Shown in pieces: positions 32,810-44,396 of a stretch of DNA of 64,000 bases. The position numbers and the translations under genes are program-made. Origin of the DNA: Squalus acanthias (Eukaryota); assembly GCA_030390025.1 (NCBI GenBank), contig JASTWF010000342.1:62001-126000 (forward strand), given 5' to 3'. The notes under the pieces are model-generated. The model was not told the origin of the DNA and did no database searches. It saw nothing but the letters and a program-made list of their open reading frames with translations. Each line of letters begins with the position of its first letter. Position 1 is the first letter of the stretch.

Positions 32810-35010
32810 AACATAAGAACATAAGAAATAGGAGCAGGAATAGGCTACTTGGCCCTTCGAGCCTGCTCCAAAATTCAATAAGATCATGGCTGATCTTGGG
32901 CTCAAAGCCACTTCCCCGCCCGCTCCCCATAACCCTTCACTCCCTTATCTTGCAAAAATCTGTCTATCTCCACCTTAAATGTGTTTAATGACCCAGCCTC
33001 CACGGCTCTCTGGGGCAGAGAATTCCACAGATTTACGACCCTCTAAGAGAAGAAATTCCTCCTCATCTCAGTTCTAAAAGGGCGGCCCTTTATTCTAAAA
33101 CTGTGCCCCCGAGTTCTAGATTTCCCCACGAGGGGAAACATCCTCTCTGCATCTACCTTGTCGAGCCCCCTCAGTATCTTATTTGTTTCAATAAGATCAC
33201 CTCTCATTCTTCTAAATTCCAATGAGTATAGACCCAGCCTGCTCAACCTTTCCTCATAAGTCAACCCCCTCATCTCTGGAATTAACCTACTGAATCGTCT
33301 CTGAACTGCCTCCAAAGCAAGTATATCCTTCCTTAAATAAGGAGACTAAAACTGTACGCAGTACTCAAGGTGTGGTCTTACCAATACCCTGTACAGTTAT
33401 AGCAGGACTTCCCTGCTTTTATACTCCAACCCCCTTGAAATAAAGGCCAACATTCCATTTGCCTTTTTGATTACTTGCTGAACCTGCATGCTAACTTTTT
33501 GTGTTTCATTCACAAGGACCCCCAGGTCCCTCTGAACTGTAGCATTTTGTAATCTCTCTCCATTTAAATAATAATTTGCTTTTTTATTTTTCCTGCCAAA
33601 GTGGATAACCTCGCACTTTCCCACATTATACTCCATCTGCCAAATGTTTTCCCACTCACTTAGCCTGTCTATATCCCTTTGCAGATTCTTTGAGTCCTCT
33701 GCACAACTTGCTTTACCACCAATCTTTGTATCATCCGCAAACTTGGCTACATTACACTCGGTCCCTTCATCCAAGTTATTAATGTAGATTGTAAATAGTT
33801 GAGGCCCCAACACCGATCCCTGGTGCACCCCACTAGTTACCGTTTGCCAACTGGAAAATTATCCATTTATCCCGACTCTCTGCTTTCTGTTAGTTAGCCA
33901 ATTCTCTATCCATGCTAATATATTACCCCCAATTCTGTGAGCTCTTATCTTATGCAGTAACCATTTATGTGGCACCTTATCGAATGCCTTCTGGAAATCC
34001 AAATACACCACATCTACTGGTTCACCTTTGTCCACCCTGCTCGTTACATCCTCAAAGAACTCTAGCAAATTTGTTAAACATGATTTCCCTTTATAAAACC
34101 ATGCTGACTCTGCTTGACTGCATTATGATTTTCCAAATGTCCTGCTACTGCTTCCTTAATGAAGGACTCCAGCATTTTTTAACGACAGATGTTAGGCTAA
34201 CTGGTCTATAGTTTCCTGCTTTCTGTCTCCCTCCTTTCTTAAATAGGGGTGTTACATTTGCGGTTTTCCAATCTGCTTGAACTTCTTTTAAGACCCTGGG
34301 ATGCAAGCCATCTGGTCCAGGGGACTTGTCGTCTTTTAGTCCCATTATTTTACCAAGTACTATTTCCCTAACTGTAATCATCTGGCAGTGTTCTCTGACT
34401 ATATATGCTGTGCCTATATGCCTCTCTTCACTTCACCTGACGAAGGAGCAGCGCTCCGAAAGCTTGTGATTTCAAATAAAGCTGTTGGACTATAACCTGG
34501 TGTTGTGCAACTTCTCACATTTGTCCACCCCAGTCCAACACCGGCATCTCCACATCATATTTCCCTAGTGACAGTGATTGTCTTTAGTTCCCCCCGCCCT
34601 GTGGCCACTTGATTATCCATTTTTGGGATGTTGTTAGTGTCTTCTACCGTGAAGACAAATACAAAATATTTGTTCAGAGTCTCTGCCTTTTCCCCGTTCT
34701 CCATTATTAATTCCCCAGTCTCATCCTCTAAGGGACCAACGTTTACTTTAGCTACCCTCTTCCTTTTTATATACCTGTAGAAGCTCTTACTATCTGTTTT
34801 AATGTTTCTTGCCAGTTTTCTCTCATAATTCTTCTTCTCTCTCTTTATTATTTTTTAGTCATCCTTTACAGGTTTTTAAAAATTTCCCAATCCTCTGGTC
34901 TCCCACCAATCTTGGCAACATTGTATGCCTTCGTTTTCAATTTGATAGCATCCTTTACTTCCTTAGTTAGCCACGGATGGTGCTCCCTTCTCTTAAAATC
35001 TTTCTTTCTC
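32810..35010 (-). mobile_element. 5'-truncated CR1 LINE
   Basis: [32 protein letters not shown] motifs; (cttatgtt)n tail at 32810. Confidence 0.9.
34371..34557 (+). mobile_element. Short Penelope pLTR insertion with hammerhead (34433-34469)
   Basis: 10-bp TSD tatttcccta (34361-34370 / 34558-34567); hammerhead identical to 3116-3152. Confidence 0.8.
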
Positions 35011-35589
35011 ACTCCCCAGCCTGGTAACTCTCCCCTAATTAGTGCCCAATGCTTCCTCTCTCTTTCAGTCAATTCTTTATTGACCTCCAAGTGTTACCTA
35101 GAACACGTACTGTCTCCAACTTGTTTAACATCCTTTCATGCAAAACCTTATTGAAGGCAGATCGGCTGCCCATTATGGAAAGGAAAATCGGGCACAGTGT
35201 GTAATAGTGTCTAATTCATTACCACCCGTTTTGTGTACACGCAGGAAACTATAGTCCCCAAGAGCACTGAAATTATCTGCAGTTCAGATTAGCTTCAGCA
35301 AACTGTACAATGGCACTACATCCTGCAGCAGTGTGCAAACTGGCAGTGTATGGTTAGCTAACCAGATTGGTTCTCTCATTTTACACCAGTCCACCACCTG
35401 TCATCTTTCTCCACACAGCTGAGGGATGTCATCAGTAAAAGAGTCATCTAAAAGCCAATCTCAGGCAGGGACGGGGAATAGTTGGGGAAGTTTCAAGTGC
35501 CACCTCTAACTTCGCAAACATGTCAAAATTGTAGACGATGGGGAGCAGTTAAATCTGCCAAGGGCCCTCAAAATATGTTAGATTAACTG

Positions 35590-36016
35590 AACAGGCTGAG
35601 GCTCCTTTCTCTAGAAAAAAGGCTGAGGGGTGACCTAATAGAGGTCTTTAAAATTATGAAGGGGTTTGATAGGGTAGATGTAGAGAAGATGTTTTCACTT
35701 GTGGGGGAGTCCAAAACTGGGGGCTCGTAAATTTAAGATAGTCACTAATAAATCCAATAAGAAATTCAGAATAAAGTTCTTTATCCAGAGAGTGGTTGGA
35801 ATGTGGAACTTGCTATCACATGGAATAGTTGAGGCGAATAGCATAAATGCATTTAAGGGAAGCTAGACAAACACATGAAATAGAAAGGAATAGGATATGC
35901 TGGTAGGGTTAGATGAAGTAGGGTAAGAGGAGGCTTGTGTGGAGCGTATACACCGACATAGACCAGCTGAGCTGAGGGATCTGTTTCTGTGCTGTAAATA
36001 CTATGTAATTCTATGT
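35590..36016 (+). mobile_element. Old CR1 3' fragment
   Basis: ctgaggggtgacctaatagaggtc (LRGDLIEV) and agagagtggttggaatgtggaac (RVVGMWN); ctatgtaattctatgt tail. Confidence 0.7.
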
Positions 36017-38119
36017 CGGTAATATGTTGGTGGGTAGGCTAGTGACAGATGGAATTTAATACCAAGTCTAAAGTACTGTACAAGTTTAAAGTGCTACTGA
36101 AAAAAATGGGTGTCATGCATATTAATTGAAGGCTGCTGAAATCGCAATGGTTGCACTTAAAATAAATTTTGGGCTATTGGTAGACTCGGCGTTTAACATA
36201 TCTAGTCACTGCAGAACAGCAATAAAAAATAAGCAAATAGAGTGCTGAATTGTATAGCCAAAACAGTATAATACAAGTCAGATGATTCAATGCAAAGATC
36301 AAAGAAGAGGAGAGAAGCAACACAGTTCAGCGTTCGTTGGGTCGAGCAGGCAGTCGCAACCGGTGGTCATAGAAGGAGGAGAGACCAAGAATAAGAAGGC
36401 CCGAGCTGGAAGCGAGTCGGCATCGCTCACCACTCAGACACACCTGAGTCCAGCTCGCGAAGACACCACCTCGACGGACCCCCAACAATGGCCCCAACAC
36501 AGTCACCCGGAGCAACAATCAGCAACAAGTCACCGACGGCTCCACGAGGTCGACCGACACAACAACCAAGGCCTAAAGCCATCGCGGAAACCAAAGGCCT
36601 CACGAAACCAACAACCGAGCATTACCCCCAACTGACCGGGTAATCGCAGGCCACCGCGACCAACAAAGACCAACTCCAGGGAAGAAAACTCGAAGAATCG
36701 CAAAGTTTCCACACTACAAACTATTCCTGACTTACCCCTGGGTAAGATTTTCCCCAAAGACTCTAAGCCCTACTGCTGAACTAAAGAAATTGGGTACTCA
36801 CCAGATAAATCCATAACGACATCCTACCGCATCAGCGGACTCGCAAAGACTGACCAGAGACCCAGGTGAAGTCCTCTATCGCATATGGGGTACGGCAGAC
36901 GCTAACCGCCATAAACAGCAAACCCCAAAACCGTGATTTAGCCCAACTGTCAAAGGATTGGTGAGCATTATCCCTGGTCCTTCAAAACCTAACTTAGCTA
37001 GTAAAGTGGGGTTGGGAGGGATGAAGTATTGTTCTACTGTCATTTCCCTCGCTTGTACCGAAGTGTTCCCCACCTCTAGAGTGATAAGAGTGTTATTATT
37101 TGTGTCTTACCTTTTAATAAAAATTGAAGTTCTTTCATCAAACTCAGTTGTCTGCTGCACCTTTGTATCACAACCCCCAAATAAGTCCAAGGTCTAGAAC
37201 CAAGGGAGTGGGAGCGATTCGAACCGCTCAGAAGTCAGAGGTAAAGCTGACACAAAAACACCACCCCCTACAATCTGCATGTGCTGAGACAAGTGGCTTG
37301 CCGCCAGTGCAGGGGGAAAGGTAGTTTAGGTGCCAGCTCCCCAGAGGGCGAGGTCGCTCAAGAGTTCTGCTGCACAGGACTCAGATGAAGACTTCGATGG
37401 GGCGGCCTACAGAAGAATGCTGATGGGTATGCACAATGAAGTGCTTGGTGCATTGGCAGGCCTGCCAGAAAGACTGAATGCAATGTCAAGGAGCATGGAG
37501 GCTGCTGCCATGATGGCTGGGTTTACCAGGGTTGAAAGGGGCTTGCGGGGTGTCACAGCAGTCCAGCAGTCTGTATTCCATCAGATTACTAAGATTGCTG
37601 AGGCTCCGCCCGAGGGAGTGGCAATGGATCCGTGGAGCATGACCCTGCTGCCCCATCTCAAGATGATAGCACTTTTCCTCTCACCACTGCCACTCCGCCA
37701 GTGCGCTTGCTGTTGCCTGCCATGCAGCCAGCCCAGACTGCTGCTGTCCATGCCGAGGTGGTGCAGTCTGAAGCTGGGCCTACTAGGCCCAGAGCTCCTC
37801 GAGGTCATCCTGCAAGGCCATCTGTAGTCTCCCCAATTGAAAGTCAACAGCCTTTCACCAGCCATGCTGCAGCCACTGGGGTAGCTCTGTGTAGGAGCAC
37901 TAGGATAGGTAAAGGCACATACAGGACCATCTCTAAGGGAATGATCAAGGGTGATTAGTTGAATTTTGATGTAATATTGGATGGATAGATGTATAAAGTT
38001 GGATTGGAAAGTTTGCTTTGTGTTGTATTTTACTTCAGCATTGTGGCCAAAAGGACTCTGTGATGGTCAGTAACAGAGGGAAGGTAAGGTGTAGGATTAA
38101 TGTTGAAAGGGGAATTGGG

Positions 38120-39423
38120 GTTGCGTTCACAGGCACAGCAGGCGGATGATTCAATCACGTACAGCCCAGGCAGAAAGGGGCTATCTGTGTTGCCTCCTTC
38201 CTTTCGCATCCTCCTCCTCCTAGTCCATTTCCTCCTCTTCCTCGTCCTCCTCTTCCTCGTCCTCCTCTTCCTCGTCCTCCTCTTCCTCGTCCTCCTCTTC
38301 CTCGTCCTCCTCCATTTCCTCCTCTTCCTCGTCCTCCTCTTCCTCATCCTCCTCTTCCTCGTCCTCCTCTTCCTCGTTCTCCTCTTCCTACTCCAGTGCT
38401 GGTGGCATTATCCCTGGTGGCAAGGGCTGTGCCCTCATAATGGCCAGGTTGTGGAGGATACCGCAGACCAAGACGAATTGGGACTCACGCTCCGGTGAGT
38501 ACTGTAGGGCTCCTCCAGAGCAGTCCAGGCAGCAGAACCATTGCTTTAGCACCCCAATGGTCTGCTCTATGATGTTTTGTGTGGCAGCATGGCTCTCGTT
38601 GTATGCATGCTAGCCACGTGCGGTTGGGTTGCGGAGCGGAGTCATGAGCCAGGTGGTAAAGGGATAGCTCTTGTCGCCCAGTAGCCACCTTCTAGTTTGT
38701 CTTGGTGGCTCAAAGACTGGGGGAACAGGGGACTGAAGCAGAATAAAAGCATCATGACTGCTTCCAGGCTATTGGGCATTCACCATCATGAATTGCTGTG
38801 CATGCTGTGCAGCGAATGAAACCTTTGTGGTTGCAGTACATCTCAGCAATTAGATGTGGTGCCTGCAAAGCTACGTGCGTGCATTCGATGGAACCCTGCA
38901 CCATTGGGAAACCCACTATCCTGGCAAAGCCACGAGGATGCTCCGCCTGCTTCTCTCTGGTCAGAAAAGACAAGGAAGTCCCCTCTCCTGGCATAAAGAC
39001 TGTCTGTCACCTCTCTTATGCAGCAGTGAACAGCGAACTGGGAGATGTTACAGATGTGGCCTGCTCCAGTCTGGAAGGATCCCGACGTGAAGAAGTTCAG
39101 GGCCACGGTCACCTTCACAGCCACTGGCAGCGCTGTCCTTGCCTGGAGTGAGGCTGCAGGTCTGGTTGCAAGAGGTGGCAGAGTTCTGTGAGCACCTCCT
39201 TCATAAAGCGCAGGAGGCTCAGACACTACTCCTGGCTTAGGTTGCGGTAAGAGAATTGCTCTCGGAAGACCCTAGGTGCATAAGGCCTCCTGCTGAGAGC
39301 CCTTCTCCTCCTCCTCCTCCCTCTGTGAGCAGCTTGTCCTCTTCTTTGCTGCCTCTGTTCCATCTCCCTGTCATGCTGCAGGCCAAGGGGGATGACAACT
39401 AGAATGACCAAGACTGGGAGCAA
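38120..39423 (-). pseudogene. Harbinger DDE transposase, frameshifted
   Basis: [35 protein letters not shown] fragments; acidic tail encoded by a tandem repeat. Confidence 0.85.
38210..38390. repeat. 15-bp tandem repeat (cctcctcttcctcgt)n
   Basis: About 12 near-perfect units; Asp/Glu-rich tail of the transposase on the minus strand. Confidence 0.9.
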
Positions 39424-39941
39424 GCGGTCTGACCAGGATGCTTGAAGTCAGAAGCAAGGCCTTCTCCACTTGCAGCACCACTCCCTGTCACCTCACCAAC
39501 TTTAAACAACTTAAAAAGCTCCAAACTGTTCCACAAACTTATACAGAGCCAGTAGAAATCAAAAAGTAAGTTACCTGAAAGTTGTTGATGATCCCTTTAA
39601 ATAGCGCTCTGGGGGGTCCTTCCTGCTACTGAATGCATGTCCCGCTGAGTGAGGTTAAGACAATGCGTTAGTTTCAGCGATGACAATGAAAATGGCAGCA
39701 CTGGTGTCAAATCAGCATTGCACATTGATTGACGCCATGATCTGCCTACTTACCATACTTGCAGCGCATGCTTCTAACGCCCGCCCTACCGCCCACACTC
39801 AGCGTGGCCTGCACCAGAAGTGTGCACACGCTGCTCGGACACCATTTTGGACCCAGTTTTGGCACTCATAGCACCCGAATTTCTAGGCCAGTATACTCCA
39901 ACACCATTGCTATAATGGTTAACAAACCATTTGCGTTCCTA

Positions 39942-42900
39942 TGCCAGGATGGCCTGAGGGCGCTCCGCTTCTTCCTTGAACAGAGGCCCAACCAGTCCCC
40001 ATCCACCACCACCCTCCTCCGCCTGGCTGAACTTGTTCTCACATTGAACAACTTCTCCTTTGACTCCATTCACTTCCTCCAAATTAAAGGTGTTGCTATG
40101 GGAACCCGCATGGGCTCTAGCTATGCCTGCCTTTTCATGAGATATGTGGAACATTCTTTCTTCCAGACCTACTCAGGGCCCCTCCCTCACCTCTTTTTCC
40201 GGTACATCGATGACTGTATCGGTGCCGTTTCCTGCTCTCGCCCTGAACTAGAAAAGTTCATTCACTTTACTTCTAATTTCCACCCTTCCCTTACCTTCAC
40301 ATGGTCCATCTCCGACTCTTCTCTTCCCTTCCTTGACTTCGCTATCTCCATTTCTGGTGATAGGCTATTAACAAATATCCACTACAAGCCCAATGACTCC
40401 CACAACTACTTGGACTATACTTCCTCCCACCCCGCTTCTATTCTCCCAGTTTCTCCGTCTCCGCCACATCTGTTCTGACGATGCCACCTTCCATACCAGT
40501 ACTTCCGATATGTCTTCCGTTTTCCTAAACCGAGGATTCCCCTCTACTGTGGTTGACACGGCCCTTGACCATGTCCGTTCTATTTCCCGCACTTCTGCTC
40601 TCACCCCTTCCCCTCCCTCCCGGGTTCCCCTTGTCCTCACCTTTCACCCCACCAGCCTCCAAATTCAACGGATCATCCTCCCCCATTTCTGCCACCTCCA
40701 ACGTGATCCCACCACCAAACGCATCTTCCCCTCTCCTCCTCTTTCAGCATTCCGAAGGGACCGCTCCCTCCGCGACACCCTGGTCCACTCCTCTATCACC
40801 CCCAACAGCCCTTCCCCTTCGCCTGGCACCTTCCCGTGCAAGTGCAGGAGATGCAACACCTGCCCTTTTCTTCCTCCCTTCCCACTGTCCAGGGCCCCAA
40901 ACACCCCTTCCAGGTGAAACAGCGAATTACTTGTACTTCTTGCAATTTAGTATACTGTATTCGCTGCTCACGATGCAGTCTCCTCTACATTGTGTAGAAT
41001 TCGCAATATATCGCGATTTTATTAATAAGGAGAAAACACAAAGTTTCGTTCAAACAGCTTTTATTTCAGTAGAATGCTGGCAGGTTTAAAGTGGACACAA
41101 GCAGCCTGTAAAATGGCCGCCGCACCTCGTGACAGAACATTCTAGACTTTTCAACAGGCAGACAAGATGGCGTTCCAATAAACATTTGTGCAAGATCGAT
41201 TAAGATTCAGCACAGTGAAGATAATACACGAGACATTATGGGTTTGCAGTATACACATAGATACTGAAATCGGTCTCCCAGGTACAAAGGAAGGCCATTG
41301 TACCGAGTAATCAAGGGCCCATCCAAAAGACATTAATATGTAAAATCCCAACGACTCTACGATGAGAGAGCCGTTAGCAGGTAGTTATACAGGACACTTG
41401 GAAGCCCCAAACCCCTCCAGGGAGAACACCGACCGATTTAACAATGGGAGAAATATTAACAGGTACTCAGACATTTACGAGTAGCCCCGAAACCCATTAA
41501 GAACGGAGATCACCCATACAAGACATTTGAGCGCCAGACCTTAAACAAAAGAATGGACATTATAGTTGGGCGGGAAACGGAAGATTTTGCACTATAATTG
41601 CAGGCTCCAAACCGTCCATTCGCTCTCTTGCTCCTGTGCTTTTATCCGGTCGATTCGTAACCTCGTGGCTGCTCCTGTGTACTCGTAGTTGGGCTCGCTC
41701 CTGCTTGCCTGTTGCCTCTTCTGAGAAGACTGTTGAACTTTCTGATCCGTTTCGGATCTACCTCGTGTCGCGTAACGAAGACCTATGTTGGTAACTGGCA
41801 GCGGAACCGAGGGCCCGAGATGAGATAAGATGAGATGAGATGAGAAGAGAGGAAGACCATATCCATCGCCACGGTCAGTAAATCCCGACCGCGCCTGTAG
41901 GTCGATTAGCCAAGTTTTCCTCGCCAGGAAGACTTCTTCGAACTTATAACGAAACATATTGCATCGATGATAACTGGACTGTGCCCAAAGTAACTGGAAC
42001 GTGAAAACATATCGTATCGACGATATTGACAACTGTGCTCGAAGAGTACCTGTTAAACCAACCAACACAGGTCTTCATCACAGCAGACGGTCCAGCCTGC
42101 TAGCCGGAGCAGCAGAAGCAAGTAAACAAGTGGGACCAGGAGATCTCCTGACCGACACGTGGGTGCTGCGGTGAAAAACATCCGATCAGCTATTCGGAAT
42201 TTCTCCGAGTTATCACGAGTGGTGAGCATGAGTCTCGAAATCCTACGAATCTAGTTTAGGATAGATATTGATAGGGGAGGGTTTAAGGATTAAGGATATT
42301 TGTAATGTGTGCCCCTATTTATTTTGTGCCGTTCGTTCCTCGTTTCCCTAAGATCGACTATATAACTGTTTGTAAGATTGTACTGTCATTAATCTGTGCT
42401 TATGACATGTATTTCATAATCTTAAGTAACATGCAATAAAGATTTTCCATTTCGTACCATTCAAACCAAGTCTACATGAGTTTTATCTCCATTACTGCTC
42501 TCGCATCTAAGTCCAGTGTCTAGAACCGTAAGGGAGAGTGATTCGAACCACTCACAGGTGTGTCTAGTGTTCCCAGACTGGCTGGAGACCAGAACAGGCA
42601 GCAAGGCCTAGACCCGCACGGACATACAGGCTGCACAGAGCCGCGTGAATCTCACAGGCCACGAGACACGCAGGGTCAGAATCCCTTACAATTGGGGAGA
42701 CCAAACGCTGATTGGGCGACTGCTTTGCGGAACACCTCCGTTCAGTCCGTAAGGGGGACCCTGAGCTTCCAGTCACCTGTCACTTTAATTCTCCGCTTCA
42801 CTCCCACTCTGATCTCTCTGTCCTCGGCCTCTTACACTGTTCCAATGAAGCTCAACGTAAGCTCGAGGAACAGCTCCTCATCTTTTGATTAGGCACTTTG

Positions 42901-43215
42901 CAGCCTTCTGGACTCAAAATTGAGTTCAACAATTTCAGACTATAACCCCTGCCCCCATTTTTCAGGCTTTATGATTCTGCCATCTCCATTTGCAACATTT
43001 TATCTTTCCTGCCTCCTACCCTAGCACAGACTGTTCCCTCAGATCCTCCCCTCAACCCCCCCCCTCCCCCTTTCCCCGCCTCTGCACCTGCTTAAAATTT
43101 GTTACATCTCTAACCTTTTCCTGTTCTGAAGAAGGGACCCTGACCTGAAACATTAACTCTGTTTCTCCACGGATGCTGCCTGGGCTCCTGAGTGCTTCCA
43201 GCATTTTCTGTTGTT
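39942..43215 (+). mobile_element. Second-family Penelope-like element (RT + GIY-YIG), decayed, split by a solo LTR
   Basis: GVAMGT, RYIDD; LYIGETKR restored on removing the LTR; degenerate TSD atttgcgttccta / atttgcattgcta; degenerate hammerhead gtt-CTGAAGA..GAAA-catt-aac at 43123-43157. Confidence 0.85.
40993..42690 (+). repeat. Solo LTR of the provirus family (1698 bp)
   Basis: tgtagaattcgc...atcccttaca; TSD ATTG (40989-40992 / 42691-42694); closely similar to 3483-5078 with indels. Confidence 0.95.
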
Positions 43216-43897
43216 ATTTGCATTGCTAATTGCTTGCTGTACCTGCATGTTAACTTTCTGTGATTCATGTACAAGGACCCCCAAATTCCTCTGAATACCA
43301 ATATTTACTCGTCTCTCACCTTTTAAAAAATATTCTGCTTTTCCATTCTTCCTACCAAAGTGGCTAATTGCACATTTCTCCACATTATACTCCATCTGAC
43401 ACCTTCTTGCCCAATCGCTTAACCGGTCTATATCCCTTTGCAGCTTCTTTGCGTCCTCCTCACAGCTTACTTTCCCATCTAGCTTTGTATCGTCAGCAAA
43501 CTTGGATATATTACACTTGGTCCTGTTATCTAAGTCATTGTAATGACAGATTTGAACTCGGTTCTCTGAATTATTACCACAGCGAACAGTAGCATAGTGG
43601 TTATGATACTGGACTAGTGATCCCGAAGACTGCTAATGATCCAGAAACAGGAGTTCAGATATCACCACTGCATCGGAGGAATTTAAATTCAGTTAATTAA
43701 ATAAATCTTGGTTTAAAAAGCTAGTATCAGTAATGGTGATCATGAAACTACCAGATTGTTGTAAAAACCCATCTGGTTCACTCGTGCCCTTCAGGGAAGG
43801 AAACCTGCTGCCCTTACCCAGTCTGGCCTATACGTGGCTCCAGACCTACAGCAATGTTGTTGACTCTTAACTGTCTCGCAAACCACTCAGTTATACA

Positions 43898-44396
43898 TAG
43901 AAACATAGAATCTAGGAGCAGGAGTAGGCCATTCGGCCCGTCGAGCCTGCTCCACCATTCAATACGATCATGGCTGATCATCCAAATCCAGTACCCTATC
44001 CCTGCTTTAATCCCCACAGTACACATATCCCACCCTACCCCCGTAACCCCACGTATTTAATTCCCCCTAACATATCCCATCCTATCCCCATAACCCCACA
44101 TATTTAATCCCCCCTAACACTAAGGGTCAATTTATCATAGCCAAATCAACCTAACCCGCACATTTTTGGACTGTGGGAGGAAACCGGAGCACCCGGAGGA
44201 AACCCACGCAGACACGGGGAGAATGTGCAAACTCCACACAGACAGTCACCCGAGGTCAGATTCGAACCCGGGTCCCTGGCGCTGTGAGGCACCAGTGCTA
44301 ACCACTATGCCACCGTGTTGCCCCTATGCCACCGTGTTGCCCACATGGACTGCATGCTGAACGTTATGCTTTTAGCAAGTAGCAGAGTTAGCAAGG
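43898..44396 (-). mobile_element. tRNA-derived V-SINE (HE1-like) with CR1-type tail
   Basis: A box tggcatagtgg, B box ggttcgaatc, V-domain tgcgtgggtttcctccgggtgctccggtttcctcccacagtcc, CR1 3' tail; TSD cactcagttataca (43884-43897 / 44397-44410). Confidence 0.85.

Larger units (their letters stand above)
32184..37272 (+). repeat. Solo LTR of a third, distant lineage, interrupted by about 3.5 kb of CR1 and other sequence
   Basis: tgtaagg...ccccctaca with TSD ATCT (32180-32183 / 37273-37276); LTR parts about 32184-32809 and 36300-37272; shares tataattgaaggccc, ggtgagcat, AATAAA (37116) and aagtcc..gtctagaacc..gagcgattcgaaccgctc with the proviral LTR. Confidence 0.75.
26469..37958 (+). pseudogene. 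Harbinger Myb/SANT-like DNA-binding protein gene, multi-exon, interrupted
   Basis: Exon 1 APRFTNAALEALV..W..W..CRKKFNEL; exon 2 ..TGGG..TPVLE|MVLAILG split by Gypsy; exon 3 (about 32030-32183 and 37273-37958) split by a solo LTR; homologous to 50872-52731. Confidence 0.75.
26165..39891. mobile_element. Decayed Harbinger/PIF transposon (Myb-like gene +, transposase -) holding nested insertions
   Basis: 14-bp inverted termini ctggcctagaaatt (26165-26178) / aatttctaggccag (39878-39891); convergent Myb-like and DDE transposase remnants. Confidence 0.85.
25570..43545 (-). mobile_element. CR1 LINE broken into three pieces (25570-26164, 39892-39941, 43216-43545) by nested insertions
   Basis: The pieces are collinear with other CR1 copies here (e.g. 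55562-56560); (cttatgtt)n tail at 25570. Confidence 0.8.

Noticed and set aside
38030..38498. Arg/Lys-rich and Leu/Phe-rich ORFs
   Set aside because: Alternative frames of the 15-bp tandem repeat in the Harbinger transposase tail.
44240..44345. tRNA gene
   Set aside because: It is the tRNA-derived head of the V-SINE, not a complete cloverleaf.
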